The translations under genes were made by a program, and so were the position numbers. A stretch of DNA of 64,000 nt, taken from positions 5,514-69,513 of the forward strand of contig USCC01000002.1 in the NCBI GenBank assembly GCA_900553035.1, in the 5' to 3' direction. The notes beneath the pieces were generated by a model, which was not told the origin of the DNA, did not search any database, and saw only the letters and a program-made list of their open reading frames with translations. Source of the DNA: an uncultured Rhodospirillaceae bacterium (lineage in GTDB: Bacteria > Pseudomonadota > Alphaproteobacteria > CAAGCB01 > CAG-977). Shown here one piece after another: positions 19,637 to 29,728 of this stretch (its first letter is position 1; every line of letters begins with the position of its first letter).

Positions 19637-20251
19637 ATGCCGCTGAACTTGTCCGCTCAGGAGATAAAAAAACGTCAAAGTGAAAATCAGGCCTACAAAG
19701 CTGTTTACAGATATCTGAACAGCACACTGAAAGCCATGAAAGGCACTTCAAACCGTTCCGAAGCCGGAAAAATCGCTGAAAAAGCAGCCCGGGAAAGCGA
19801 CCTTTCCGCCGTAAAAAACCACACGCCGGTTATTGAACGGATTGAAAGGAAATTCAGAGATCAGGCTCGCGTTTACGATAAGAAGACAAAAATCAGGCAT
19901 GCTCTGGGCGGTTCCGAAAACACGAAATTTGTTTTTGCCGCCGTGACCGCCGCCGGTCTTCTGGGAGCCGCCGCCGCGACAAACACACCCGAGCTTGCCC
20001 CTCTTTCCATGCTGTCCATGGCGTATGCCGTAGGACGTGCGGAAGCCGCCGCGAAACCCGAGCCGAATAAAGACCTGCGAGCCTATGCCGAAATCAAACA
20101 GGCTCAACTGGCTTTGAAAAAGCTTAAAAAAGTCCTCGCCAAAGAAGGAAAGCCTTCCTATAAAGACGAAATCAACGGGCTGTTTGCCGCGGGTTATGGA
20201 AATCCGGGCGGTGTTATCACTCATTTTACGGTTAAAAACGGCGGTCGCTGA
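19637..20251 (+). CDS. Hypothetical protein (204 aa), lysine-rich with a central alanine-rich hydrophobic segment
   Basis: A clean ORF between a divergent promoter region and a strong bidirectional terminator. No family was recognised. Confidence 0.5.
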   Translation: MPLNLSAQEIKKRQSENQAYKAVYRYLNSTLKAMKGTSNRSEAGKIAEKAARESDLSAVKNHTPVIERIERKFRDQARVYDKKTKIRHALGGSENTKFVFAAVTAAGLLGAAAATNTPELAPLSMLSMAYAVGRAEAAAKPEPNKDLRAYAEIKQAQLALKKLKKVLAKEGKPSYKDEINGLFAAGYGNPGGVITHFTVKNGGR

Positions 20252-20262
20252 AGCTTTTTTCC

Positions 20263-20296
20263 ATAAAAAACCCCGCGTTTCCCGCGCGGGGTTTTA
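20263..20296. terminator. Bidirectional rho-independent terminator
   Basis: AAAAAACCCCGCG-tttcc-CGCGGGGTTTT palindrome flanked by A- and T-runs. Confidence 0.75.
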
Positions 20297-20330
20297 CGTG
20301 AGGTAAACGCTTTTAACGGCATCTTCCTTA

Positions 20331-20891
20331 TCAGCTCTCCCCGTGCCGGGGATGTTTTCGGGTCGCCGGAGGCCTGTTGCGTTTCAAAAGAATATAAAAA
20401 GCACCGTCGCCCCCGTCTTTCGGTTTTGCCGGAACATAAGACAGAATCAGGCTTCGGACTTTCGGCGAATTCAGCCACGCCGGAAGTTCCGCACGCAGGA
20501 CGCCGCGGCCGAAAAGACCGCCTTTACCGGTAATAACCAGAACACAGCGGGCATTCCGGCGGCTTTGAGAAAAAAGAAAACCGTGCAGGACTTCTTCGGC
20601 ACGTTCCACCGTATAGCCGTGCAGATCAAGAACGGCTTCAACCGGCATTTCACCATTTTTAAACTTCTGCGCCGTGTTCCTGTCCATGTTATGGACGTCC
20701 CCGGCTTCCAAATTCTGAAACGTGGAAAAATCAACGACAGGATCGCGGGTGGGACGCTGAACCGAGACGTTCAGTTTTTTGGTTCGTGAAACATACTTTG
20801 CCTTAAACGCCGCCGGAACGCGGTTTGATTTCAGGGGGCGAACCGTTTCGGAAACAGCGCGCCACAGCTCCGTATCATCCTCTTCAGGCAT
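20331..20891 (-). CDS. Smr domain protein (MutS2-like small MutS-related)
   Basis: C-terminal Smr domain (LDLHG...VLVITGKG). Confidence 0.75.
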   Translation of the reverse strand: MPEEDDTELWRAVSETVRPLKSNRVPAAFKAKYVSRTKKLNVSVQRPTRDPVVDFSTFQNLEAGDVHNMDRNTAQKFKNGEMPVEAVLDLHGYTVERAEEVLHGFLFSQSRRNARCVLVITGKGGLFGRGVLRAELPAWLNSPKVRSLILSYVPAKPKDGGDGAFYILLKRNRPPATRKHPRHGES

Positions 20892-21393
20892 TTTCTTCTT
20901 CCTCCTCTGCCGCCGCGGACACATCGGCCGGGATTAAATCGGAAAAATAATTCTTTGTAAATTCACGCCAGTCCCCCCAAGGCGCAACGCAGAAAAAGTG
21001 CGGATCCGCCGTCAGGACAAGAACAATCCCCCCGTAACGCCACGCAATCAGAAAACGTTCTATGCGCGGAACGACCCTTTTGACAACACGGTTCTGCATG
21101 ATGGGTTCCAACAGGAAAGGCATCAGAAACGCGTACGCCAGAGACAGGACAAGTAAAAGCCCCGTCCCGATAATCAGGCTTTCCAAAGCCATGACCGTCA
21201 GCGAAATCGTTAAAAGAACCAGCAAAGGCAGGACGTTTTCCCAAGGATTAAAGAAAGGCGATCCCCGTCGATTCAAAAGACGGAAATTAATGCGGATATA
21301 AGCCTTGTTTTCGACGACAGCCCTCTGAAGACCCTGAAAAATCAGCTGATCTTCACGTGTCGGCGGTTGAATCGGCATCCTGTTCATTGACAT
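20884..21393 (-). CDS. Hypothetical membrane protein (2-3 TM helices) lying between mltA and smr
   Basis: Hydrophobic core LPLLVLLTISLTVMALESLIIGTGLLLVLSLAYAFLMPFLL. It occupies a slot conserved in alphaproteobacterial mltA-smr loci. Confidence 0.5.
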   Translation of the reverse strand: MSMNRMPIQPPTREDQLIFQGLQRAVVENKAYIRINFRLLNRRGSPFFNPWENVLPLLVLLTISLTVMALESLIIGTGLLLVLSLAYAFLMPFLLEPIMQNRVVKRVVPRIERFLIAWRYGGIVLVLTADPHFFCVAPWGDWREFTKNYFSDLIPADVSAAAEEEEENA

Positions 21394-21398
21394 AACCC

Positions 21399-22565
21399 TT
21401 ACTCGATCTCTGTTTTTCCGTCCTTTTTCGGGACCAGAAGAAAATAGGTTCCTTTGCTTCTCATCCGTCCGGCTTCTTTCAATGCTTTTTCACCCGTACC
21501 CCAGAAAAAATCACCGCGGACAGCGCCCTTGATGGCCGTCCCGGTATCCTGTGCCGTCATCAGACGGTTCATCGGCTTTCCGTCCGGCGCCGTCGTTTCC
21601 AGCCACAGGACGCTCCCCAGAGGGATATACGCCGGATCAACCGCCATACTGCGTCCCGCCGTCAGCCGAACACCCAAAGAACCGACCGCCCCTTTTTCCT
21701 TCAGTTTTCTGAAAAAGATATAACGTGGATTCTGATGCATCAGCTCTTCGGCTTCAACAGGATTTTGTTTCAGCCACGCCGTAATTTCAGCCATTGTATA
21801 AACGCCCGGTTTCAGCAGACCGCGTTTTGCCATGATTGCTCCGATTCCGACGAATTTCCGGCCGTTATTCCCCGCATATCCGACGGCCATCGTTTTTCCG
21901 TCCGGCAGACGGATCAGCCCGGATCCCTGAATCTGCAGGACGAAAGCGTCAGCCGCGTGCCGGACCCAGACAATGGGTTCCGCCGGAAACGCCCCATCGT
22001 GTGTTTCGATTTCCTGCCGGGTCAGATACGGACGCACATTCTTGCCGTCAAGCCGTCCGAAGACAATATCCCCTTTATATTTCGGATCAAATTCACCCAG
22101 ATTGATGCGGAAAATATCCTCCGGCACACCGTACAGCGGCGTACGGCATTCCCGGGTACGGACAAGGCATCCTTCGATTTCCGGCTCATAATATCCCGTG
22201 AAAAGGCCTTCTTTCCCCGGATCAACCGCATACGGCTGAAGCTTCTTTTCAAGGAATAAGCGCAACTCTTTGTTTGTTTTGAATTTTCTGTCCTGAATTT
22301 CCCGGCAGAACGCTGTCCATTCCTTTTGGCGCCGCGTCCGTCTGCAGGATTTTCTCATGGCCGGAAGCGCCTGCAACAGGTCATCTCTTCCCCAGCCTTT
22401 CAGATTGGAAAAGGAAACCGGAACCGCTTGAAATTTCTCTGCCGGAACGGATTTTTCAATTTTTTCCGCAGGCGGAAACTCCAAAGACGGCTCTTCTTTT
22501 TTTCCGCCGAACAGCAACAGGAAAATCGACAGGCCGAAACCGGCGATTAAGGCGACTCTGGACAT
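21399..22565 (-). CDS. mltA: Membrane-bound lytic murein transglycosylase A
   Basis: MltA domain (TGYYEPEI) and a 3D domain at the C-terminus. Confidence 0.88.
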   Translation of the reverse strand: MSRVALIAGFGLSIFLLLFGGKKEEPSLEFPPAEKIEKSVPAEKFQAVPVSFSNLKGWGRDDLLQALPAMRKSCRRTRRQKEWTAFCREIQDRKFKTNKELRLFLEKKLQPYAVDPGKEGLFTGYYEPEIEGCLVRTRECRTPLYGVPEDIFRINLGEFDPKYKGDIVFGRLDGKNVRPYLTRQEIETHDGAFPAEPIVWVRHAADAFVLQIQGSGLIRLPDGKTMAVGYAGNNGRKFVGIGAIMAKRGLLKPGVYTMAEITAWLKQNPVEAEELMHQNPRYIFFRKLKEKGAVGSLGVRLTAGRSMAVDPAYIPLGSVLWLETTAPDGKPMNRLMTAQDTGTAIKGAVRGDFFWGTGEKALKEAGRMRSKGTYFLLVPKKDGKTEIE

Positions 22566-23258
22566 TTACGACGCTTTGACCCGTGTTTTTGTCAGGATCC
22601 AGACCGGGCTGGCCGACTTCATGTTTTTCCGCAGAGTCCAGATATCCGTTACGGTTTCGATATAAGTCGGATCTCCGGCGACGGTTTCCCCTTCGGCGTT
22701 TTTGATCAGATTTGTCTGTTCGGTTTCAAATTCAACGGTCAGATCAACGAACTCTCCTGTGATTTCGGCCTGTAGAAGCTTGATGCTTTTAAAGCTGATC
22801 AGGCTGAATTCGGCTGTTTCCTTTTTTTCCAAGCGTTCGTCAATCGCCTTTTCAAATTTTTTATAAATGTCAGGACTCAGCAGGGGGCGCAGTTCGTCCT
22901 TGTCCCCTTTGGCAAAGGCCTGTGCAATATATTCAAACGCCCGCGGCGCCTTTTGCATGAATTCGGACAGATCAAACGAAGGATATTTTTCCTTGATTTT
23001 CTGAAGGTTACGCATAATTTCCGAATCTTCGTTAAACGCGGGAGAGATCGGCAGGTCGTCTTCCTCTTTTTCCTCCGGATTGTTTTCCAATGTCCTGTAT
23101 TCGGAGATATCGACGATTTTCGATGGCCTTGGTTCGGCCTCCGGCTTTGATTCGTCCCCGTCCGGACGCGTTCCCAGAACACTGCGCAGACGGCCAATCA
23201 GCAGCAGAACGATAATCGCCAAAAAGATCAAATCCAGAAATTGAGGTTGCTGAGACAT
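22566..23258 (-). CDS. Tim44-like domain protein
   Basis: One N-terminal TM helix, a charged linker and a C-terminal Tim44-like fold. It occupies the conserved position upstream of mltA in Alphaproteobacteria. Confidence 0.75.
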   Translation of the reverse strand: MSQQPQFLDLIFLAIIVLLLIGRLRSVLGTRPDGDESKPEAEPRPSKIVDISEYRTLENNPEEKEEDDLPISPAFNEDSEIMRNLQKIKEKYPSFDLSEFMQKAPRAFEYIAQAFAKGDKDELRPLLSPDIYKKFEKAIDERLEKKETAEFSLISFKSIKLLQAEITGEFVDLTVEFETEQTNLIKNAEGETVAGDPTYIETVTDIWTLRKNMKSASPVWILTKTRVKAS

Positions 23259-23335
23259 GATTTCGTCGCCTTCCCTGTTTATTTTTCCGTTCAATAAGGA
23301 TAGAGTATATCAAATTTTCAACTCAGGAGAATACT

Positions 23336-23815
23336 ATGAACGAAAACACTGCCGAAAACAACCCGCAGGGTGCGCCGATCATCATCAACGCCCAGTACGT
23401 AAAGGATATTTCCTTTGAAGCACCGCATGTTCCCCATATTTTCACCGAGCTGAAGACGTCGCCCGAAATTTCTGTCGGCGTTGATGTTCAGGCCGGAAAA
23501 CTGCAGGACGGTGTCTTTGAAATCACTCTGAAAATTAAAGCAGAAGCCAAAGTTGAAAGCAAGGTAGCCTTTCTGTGTGAAGTCGAATATGGCTGTCTGG
23601 CCGGCGTCAACGTTCCGGCCGAACATGTCGAACCGATTCTGCTGATCGAAATCCCGCGCCTTCTGTTTCCGTTCGCGCGGAACATCATTGCCGATCTGAC
23701 GCGTGAAAGCGGATTCCCGCCCCTGATGATCAACCCGATTGACTTTGTCGGCCTGTATCATCAGCGTCTGGCGGAACTGCAGAAAAAAAGCGAAGGCAAC
23801 GCAACCGTCAACTGA
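23336..23815 (+). CDS. secB: Protein-export chaperone SecB
   Basis: Matches the SecB family over the full 159 aa. Confidence 0.92.
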   Translation: MNENTAENNPQGAPIIINAQYVKDISFEAPHVPHIFTELKTSPEISVGVDVQAGKLQDGVFEITLKIKAEAKVESKVAFLCEVEYGCLAGVNVPAEHVEPILLIEIPRLLFPFARNIIADLTRESGFPPLMINPIDFVGLYHQRLAELQKKSEGNATVN

Positions 23816-24491
23816 CCCAGATCGGGTTTTTGATTTTTTTCATGAATGCGTCATGTCCGGCCGCTTCCTCCTCCGATATAAAGGCAGGTCGAGGCGGCCG
23901 CACTGTTTTTTCGGTTGTTTTTTCCGATCGCACCTGAAGAACGCTTGGCGTCGTCTTTGTCCCCAGGATAAAACCCGGTTCACGGCCGCCCAGAAGCTCC
24001 AGATACACTTCGGCCAAAAGCTCGGCATCAAGCAGTGCTCCATGCTTCGTACGTTTTGAATTGTCGATATCAAACCGGCGGCACAGTTCGTTCAGGTTTA
24101 CCCGCGACCCCGGAAACAGCTTTTTCGCAATCGCCAAAGTATCAATCGACTGTTCCATCGGCAGAACGTCGCGGTGGATCCACGACAGCTCGGCGTTCAG
24201 AAATTTCATGTCAAACGCCGCGTTGTGGATGACCAGAAAATCCCCGCCGATAAAATTCAGAAAATCTTCCGCAATGTCTTTGAAAACAGGCTTGTCCTGA
24301 AGAAATTCCGTTGTTATGCCGTGAACCTTGACCGCGTCTTCGGGAACGTCGCGTTCGGGATTGATGAACTGATGGTACGTTTTGCCGGTCGGCATATGGT
24401 TGATCAGCTCGATGCATCCGATTTCAATCAGCCGGTCGCCCGCGTACGGGTCAAATCCCGTCGTTTCAGTATCCAGTACTATTTCACGCAT
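23808..24491 (-). CDS. dnaQ: DNA polymerase III epsilon subunit (3'-5' exonuclease)
   Basis: DEDDh exonuclease motifs (LDTETTG, HNAAFD, HGALLD). Confidence 0.92.
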   Translation of the reverse strand: MREIVLDTETTGFDPYAGDRLIEIGCIELINHMPTGKTYHQFINPERDVPEDAVKVHGITTEFLQDKPVFKDIAEDFLNFIGGDFLVIHNAAFDMKFLNAELSWIHRDVLPMEQSIDTLAIAKKLFPGSRVNLNELCRRFDIDNSKRTKHGALLDAELLAEVYLELLGGREPGFILGTKTTPSVLQVRSEKTTEKTVRPPRPAFISEEEAAGHDAFMKKIKNPIWVS

Positions 24492-25072
24492 TTTATGTCT
24501 TCCATTATCTCGGCTATTCTTTGACGGACCGCTTTCATGCCCGCCCCCGAATCCACAATATAATCCGCCCAGGCGGAAGCTTTTTCCTCGTCCGTTTGAC
24601 GCGACAGAAGGGAACGGTATTTCTCCTCCGTCATGCCGGGACGCCTGAAAACCCGCCGACGCCGTTCTTCGGCGTTGACCGTCATCCAGATGATTCTGTC
24701 GCAGAATTTATCCCACCCGGCTTCAAAAAGCAACGGAGCATCCAGAACAATCACCGGTTCACGGACATGACGGGCGAAAAACAGCTTCAATTCCTCTTCC
24801 AGAAACGGATAAATCATTTTTTCAAGCTCACGGACATCCAGGCGCCCGGCCGCGATTTCGGCAGACAGAAAGGGACGGCTGATTTCATCGCCGCTCAGAA
24901 TACCCGGAAACCGCCGGGCAAACAGAGCCTTCATTCCGGCGTTTTCCTTCATCAGCCGGTGAACGGCGGCATCCGCGTCAAAAACCGGAATAACGTCTTC
25001 CTGAATCATCCGGGCAGCCGTCGTTTTGCCGGATCCCATGTTTCCTGTCAGACCCACAACGGTTTTTTTCAT
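24479..25072 (-). CDS. coaE: Dephospho-CoA kinase
   Basis: P-loop GLTGNMGSGKTT. The start is placed at the ATG at 25072. Confidence 0.9.
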   Translation of the reverse strand: MKKTVVGLTGNMGSGKTTAARMIQEDVIPVFDADAAVHRLMKENAGMKALFARRFPGILSGDEISRPFLSAEIAAGRLDVRELEKMIYPFLEEELKLFFARHVREPVIVLDAPLLFEAGWDKFCDRIIWMTVNAEERRRRVFRRPGMTEEKYRSLLSRQTDEEKASAWADYIVDSGAGMKAVRQRIAEIMEDIKCVK

Positions 25073-25908
25073 TGTTTTCCTCCGGTCGCAAGCGTGCGCA
25101 GTTCTTCTGTCATGTCCGGCATGATTCCAAACCACGCTCTGAACGCCGGACGCGCCTGATGAAGAAGCATCCCCAAACCGTCCGCCGTCGGATTTCCCCG
25201 CTCTTCGGCGCGGCGCAGAAGACTCGTTTTTAAAGGGCTGTAAACCAGATCCGAAACCGTAGCGGAAACCGGAAGCGCCGACAGGTCGATTTCAAGCGGT
25301 TCAAACCCCTCCATCCCCAGAGTCGTCGCATTTGCCAGAAGAACGGCGCTCTCAAGAGCTTCCTCTTTTTCTGCCCACGGAACGAGATTAAAATTTCCAC
25401 CAACTTCAGCCGCGAGACGTTCAGCCTTTTCCAGCGTCCTGTAAACAAGCCGTATTTCCGGGCATCCGGCCAACGACAGAGCGGCGCACACGCCTCGGGA
25501 AGCACCGCCCGTTCCCAGAATTACAGCCGCGCCCCGGCTGACTTCCGTCCCCGCAGACTCGGCAATGTTTTCCAGAAAACCGAAACCATCCGTATTGTGG
25601 CCGTACAGACTCCCGTCCGCACGGATAACAACCGTATTCACGGCCCCCGCCTTCAAAGCTTCCGGAGACAGTTCGTCCACAACCTGCAGAGCCGCTGTTT
25701 TATGCGGAACCGTCACGTTCACGCCGGAAAAACCCATTTTCGGAAGCATCCTCAGCACATCGGGAAAATCCACGGGTTTGATTTCCAGCGGCATATAAAC
25801 GCCGTCAATCCCGTATTTTTCAAGCCAATAGCCATGGATCAGGGGAGATTTTGAATGCGCAACGGGATATCCCGCAACACCTGTCAGTTTTGTCCGGCCT
25901 GTTGTCAT
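25069..25908 (-). CDS. aroE: Shikimate dehydrogenase
   Basis: AroE fold with the GYPVAHSKSP motif and the Rossmann motif GTGGASR. Confidence 0.9.
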   Translation of the reverse strand: MTTGRTKLTGVAGYPVAHSKSPLIHGYWLEKYGIDGVYMPLEIKPVDFPDVLRMLPKMGFSGVNVTVPHKTAALQVVDELSPEALKAGAVNTVVIRADGSLYGHNTDGFGFLENIAESAGTEVSRGAAVILGTGGASRGVCAALSLAGCPEIRLVYRTLEKAERLAAEVGGNFNLVPWAEKEEALESAVLLANATTLGMEGFEPLEIDLSALPVSATVSDLVYSPLKTSLLRRAEERGNPTADGLGMLLHQARPAFRAWFGIMPDMTEELRTLATGGKQ

Positions 25909-26483
25909 TGTTTCATTTCTCCGCATGAACGCAAAAAATCGAACAAAGGAAGCAGAGGCAGACCCAGCACTGAAAAATAGTCGCCTTCAACTTTTTCAAT
26001 CAGCTGGGAACCGAGTTCCTCCAGATAATAGGCGCCGACGGAGCGGCAGACGTCCGGCCCGGCCTTTTCAAGATACTCTTCCAGAAAACCGTCCGAAAAG
26101 TTCCGCATCGTCACATGAACGGCCGTATTAACTGACCACAGGAGCTCTGTGTTCCGGACAACGGCAACGCCGTTGATCAGGCGATGTGTCTTTCCCCGCA
26201 TTTTTTTCAGGTGTTCCCGGGCTTCGGCTTTGTCCGCGGGTTTTGAAAAAGGACGCCCCTCCAGTTCCATAATCTGATCGGCGCCGATCACATACGCTTC
26301 GGGATACAGAGCCGATACCTTGACAGCCTTTTCATGGGCAAGGCGGCGGCTGGCTTTAAAACAATCGGGTTCCGTGTTTTTAACCGCGTCTTCATCAATA
26401 TCCGCCGGAATGGTTTCAAATTCAACGCCTGCCGCAGCCAGAAGCCTTCCCCGGCTTTTGCTCTGAGATGCCAGAATAAGCAC
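25905..26483 (-). CDS. maf: Maf-like nucleoside triphosphate pyrophosphatase
   Basis: LILASQSKSR...GADQ Maf signature. Confidence 0.9.
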   Translation of the reverse strand: MLILASQSKSRGRLLAAAGVEFETIPADIDEDAVKNTEPDCFKASRRLAHEKAVKVSALYPEAYVIGADQIMELEGRPFSKPADKAEAREHLKKMRGKTHRLINGVAVVRNTELLWSVNTAVHVTMRNFSDGFLEEYLEKAGPDVCRSVGAYYLEELGSQLIEKVEGDYFSVLGLPLLPLFDFLRSCGEMKQ

Positions 26484-26938
26484 GCTCTTTCCCTCTTTCC
26501 TGTGAATCCTGTGAATAAGTCGGATAAGTCTTCCTTTTCCGGATTTTTATCCCCCCTGTTCATTTTTACTCCGTTTTTTATGCGGTTGTGTATTAAAAAA
26601 TCATACCGGAAAGTCGGCAGGGGGATAAAAACTTATGCCCGTTGTCCACAGAGACGTGCCCTTCCGCTGAAAAACAGGGATCAGACGGATTCTGTTCCGG
26701 CAGATATGAGTCCTTCCGAAACGGATTCGTCATGTGGGCGCCGCTGTGCAAAGCCTGTGGACAATATTGCCTCCGCGTTATCCACAGGCCCAGCATATAA
26801 CATCATCCTTTTTTTAAATATATCTTATTTGAAGGAAAGAAAAACATTGACGTTTCGGGGAAAATATTCAAATATGAAAGCCTCCTCTGAAGCGGTGTTC
26901 CGCCGCTTTCCTTCCCTAACAAACTTATAAGAGACGTT
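26484..26938. promoter_or_regulatory. maf/rho divergent intergenic region, which is a candidate chromosomal replication origin (oriC) and rho leader
   Basis: DnaA-box 9-mers at TTGTCCACA (26642-26650), TGTGGACAA (26756-26764) and a perfect consensus TTATCCACA (26778-26786). There is a TTTTTATCCCCC/GGGGGATAAAAA inverted pair (26544-26555 and 26620-26632) and an AT-rich tract (26795-26880). Confidence 0.45.
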
Positions 26939-28192
26939 ATGAATTTAAAAGAACTGAAAAAAAAGTCTCCCGCCGAGCTTTTGACAATGGCGGAAGAACT
27001 GGGCGTTGAAAACGCCTCGACCCTGCGTACCCAGGATCTGACCTTTTCCATCCTGAAGCAACTGTCGAAAAATGACACCGTCCTGATTGACGAAGGGGTT
27101 ATTGAAGTCCTGCAGGACGGTTTCGGTTTCCTGCGTTCCCCGGAATCCAATTATCTGGCCGGCCCGGATGATATTTACGTTTCACCCAGCCAGATCAAAA
27201 AATTCGGCCTGCGCACCGGCGATACGGTCGAAGGCGAAATCCGCGCCCCAAAGGACGGTGAAAAATATTTCGCACTGACAAAAATTCTCAAAGTCAATTT
27301 CACGGATCCCGAAAACGTCCGATACCGGATTAATTTCGATAACCTGACCCCGCTGCATCCGGACGAAAAGATCAGAATGGAAAATGAGCTGGACAATAAA
27401 AACATGACGTCCCGTATCATTGATCTGATCTGTCCTCAAGGCAAAGGCCAGCGCGGCCTGATCGTCGCGCCGCCACGGACGGGCAAAACCGTGATGCTTC
27501 AGAATATTGCCCATGCCATTACATCCAATAATCCCGAAATTTACCTGATTGTCCTTCTGATTGATGAACGCCCCGAGGAAGTCACCGAAATGATTCGGTC
27601 CGTCAAAGGTGAAGTCATCAGTTCAACGTTTGACGAACCGGCCTCCCGCCATGTTCAGGTTGCCGAAATGGTCATTGAAAAAGCAAAGCGTCTGGTCGAA
27701 CATAAGCGCGACGTCGTCATCCTTCTGGATTCGATAACGCGTCTGGCGCGGGCGTACAACACCGTTGTGCCCAGCTCGGGTAAGGTACTGACCGGCGGTG
27801 TCGATGCCAACGCTCTGCAGCGCCCCAAACGCTTTTTCGGGGCAGCCCGGAACATTGAAGAAGGCGGATCGCTGACAATTATCGCGACAGCCCTGATCGA
27901 TACCGGTTCACGCATGGATGAAGTCATTTTTGAAGAGTTCAAGGGAACGGGTAATTCCGAAATCATTCTGGACCGCAAGGTTTCCGACAAACGTATTTTC
28001 CCGTCAATCGATATCACGAAATCGGGAACGCGCAAGGAAGAACTGCTGGTCGATCGGAATACGCTTTCAAAAATGTGGGTTCTGCGCCGCGTCCTGATGC
28101 CGATGGGAGTCACCGATGCGATGGAATTCCTGATCGAAAAGCTGAAGCTTTCAAAGACCAACAGCGACTTTTTCGATTCGATGAATTCATAA
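26939..28192 (+). CDS. rho: Transcription termination factor Rho
   Basis: N-terminal RNA-binding domain and Walker A motif APPRTGKT, 417 aa. Confidence 0.96.
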   Translation: MNLKELKKKSPAELLTMAEELGVENASTLRTQDLTFSILKQLSKNDTVLIDEGVIEVLQDGFGFLRSPESNYLAGPDDIYVSPSQIKKFGLRTGDTVEGEIRAPKDGEKYFALTKILKVNFTDPENVRYRINFDNLTPLHPDEKIRMENELDNKNMTSRIIDLICPQGKGQRGLIVAPPRTGKTVMLQNIAHAITSNNPEIYLIVLLIDERPEEVTEMIRSVKGEVISSTFDEPASRHVQVAEMVIEKAKRLVEHKRDVVILLDSITRLARAYNTVVPSSGKVLTGGVDANALQRPKRFFGAARNIEEGGSLTIIATALIDTGSRMDEVIFEEFKGTGNSEIILDRKVSDKRIFPSIDITKSGTRKEELLVDRNTLSKMWVLRRVLMPMGVTDAMEFLIEKLKLSKTNSDFFDSMNS

Positions 28193-28217
28193 ACGTTCAG
28201 ACAGGATATTTTATCAG

Positions 28218-28250
28218 AAACCCGGCCTTTGCATTACAGGCCGGGTTTTT
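28218..28250 (+). terminator. Rho-independent terminator after rho
   Basis: CCCGGCCT-loop-AGGCCGGG hairpin followed by TTTTT. Confidence 0.7.
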
Positions 28251-28373
28251 ATCGGATGCCGCGGAAAAAGATCCGTTCGGCGCGGGAATTTTTTATCGTT
28301 TGCGGCCGCAGGAATCCCATTTGTTTTTCACCGCAGTGAGTAAGGACGGACACGAATGTTCATTCCTGCGGCC

Positions 28374-28408
28374 GCTGTTTAAAACCCGGCGGATGCGACG
28401 GCCGGGTT
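28374..28408. terminator. Bidirectional terminator hairpin at the 3' end of hslU
   Basis: CCCGGC-loop-GCCGGG hairpin flanked by A- and T-runs. Confidence 0.6.
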
Positions 28409-28414
28409 TTTTAT

Positions 28415-29728
28415 TTACAGGATGAATTTGGACAGATCCGAAGATTCGGCCAGACTGCCGACTTTCTCCCGAACCATTTCCTTTGTCACCTGAACTGTTT
28501 CACCGGAACGGTCGGTGGCCGTGAAGCTGATGTCTTCCAGCAGCTTTTCCAGTATCGTGTGAAGGCGGCGGGCGCCGATGTTTTCCACGCTTTCATTGAT
28601 TTCCGCGGCCAGGGAGGCAATCTCACGAATCCCGTCTTCCGAAAATTCCAACGTAAAATTCTCGGTTTTTAACAGCTCCTTGTACTGCAGGATGAGATTT
28701 GCTTCCGGTTCGGTCAGAATGCGGCAGAAATCATCCCTGGACAGCGCCTTCAGTTCTACCCGGATTGGCAACCGTCCCTGCAGTTCCGGAAGCAGATCTG
28801 ACGGTTTTGCCAGCTGAAACGCTCCCGAAGCAATGAAAAGAATGTGATCCGTTTTAACCATTCCATGTTTCGTTGTGACCGTTGTACCTTCGATCAAAGG
28901 CAGAAGATCGCGTTGCACGCCTTCGCGAGAAACGTCCGGCCCGCGGCGTTCGTCATTCCGGCCGCATATCTTGTCCAGTTCGTCGATAAAGACAATGCCG
29001 TTGTTTTCAACCGCGTTAATGGCTTCCCTGACGATGGTTTCGTCGTCAATCAGCTTGTCGCTTTCCTCTGTGACAAGAACCTCATAGGATTCCCGAACCG
29101 TCATTTTGCGCTTGCGGTAGCTGACCGTTTTTCCGCCGAGCAGATCGCCCAGACTGATCATACCCATCTGAGCACCGGGCATGCCGGGAATATCAAAGGT
29201 CGGCATTGAAGACGAAGGGTTTTCCTGGACTTCAATTTCGATTTCCTTGTCGTCCAAAGTCCCTTCCCGCAGGAGTTTCCGGAATTTCTGCCGGGTTTCG
29301 TCGGTTGCGGTTTCGCCGACCAGAGCTTTGATAACACGTTCTTCGGCGGCGGCTTCAGCCTTGACGTGAACGTCTTTGCGCATTTTTTTCCGCGTCATTG
29401 TAATGGCGATTTCGACCATATCACGGATAATGCTTTCGACATCGCGGCCGACATAACCGATTTCGGTGAATTTCGTGGCTTCGACTTTAATAAAGGGCGC
29501 TTGAGCCAGTTTGGCCAGGCGGCGGGCGATTTCGGTTTTTCCGACCCCGGTCGGGCCGATCATAAGGATGTTTTTCGGAACGACTTCTTCCCTTAATGCC
29601 GGATCAAGCTGTTGCCGGCGCCAGCGGTTGCGCAGGGCGACGGCAACGGCGCGTTTGGCGTCATGCTGGCCGACGATATACCGGTCGAGTTCCGAAACAA
29701 TTTCACGGGGACTGAATGAAGCACTCAT
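28415..29728 (-). CDS. hslU: ATP-dependent protease ATPase subunit HslU
   Basis: AAA+ motifs [15 protein letters not shown] and DELDK. Confidence 0.95.
   Translation of the reverse strand: MSASFSPREIVSELDRYIVGQHDAKRAVAVALRNRWRRQQLDPALREEVVPKNILMIGPTGVGKTEIARRLAKLAQAPFIKVEATKFTEIGYVGRDVESIIRDMVEIAITMTRKKMRKDVHVKAEAAAEERVIKALVGETATDETRQKFRKLLREGTLDDKEIEIEVQENPSSSMPTFDIPGMPGAQMGMISLGDLLGGKTVSYRKRKMTVRESYEVLVTEESDKLIDDETIVREAINAVENNGIVFIDELDKICGRNDERRGPDVSREGVQRDLLPLIEGTTVTTKHGMVKTDHILFIASGAFQLAKPSDLLPELQGRLPIRVELKALSRDDFCRILTEPEANLILQYKELLKTENFTLEFSEDGIREIASLAAEINESVENIGARRLHTILEKLLEDISFTATDRSGETVQVTKEMVREKVGSLAESSDLSKFIL

Noticed and set aside
28075-28425. 116-aa plus-strand ORF between rho and hslU
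   Set aside because: It overlaps the rho 3' end and spans two terminators and a long palindrome. There is no RBS or family support.
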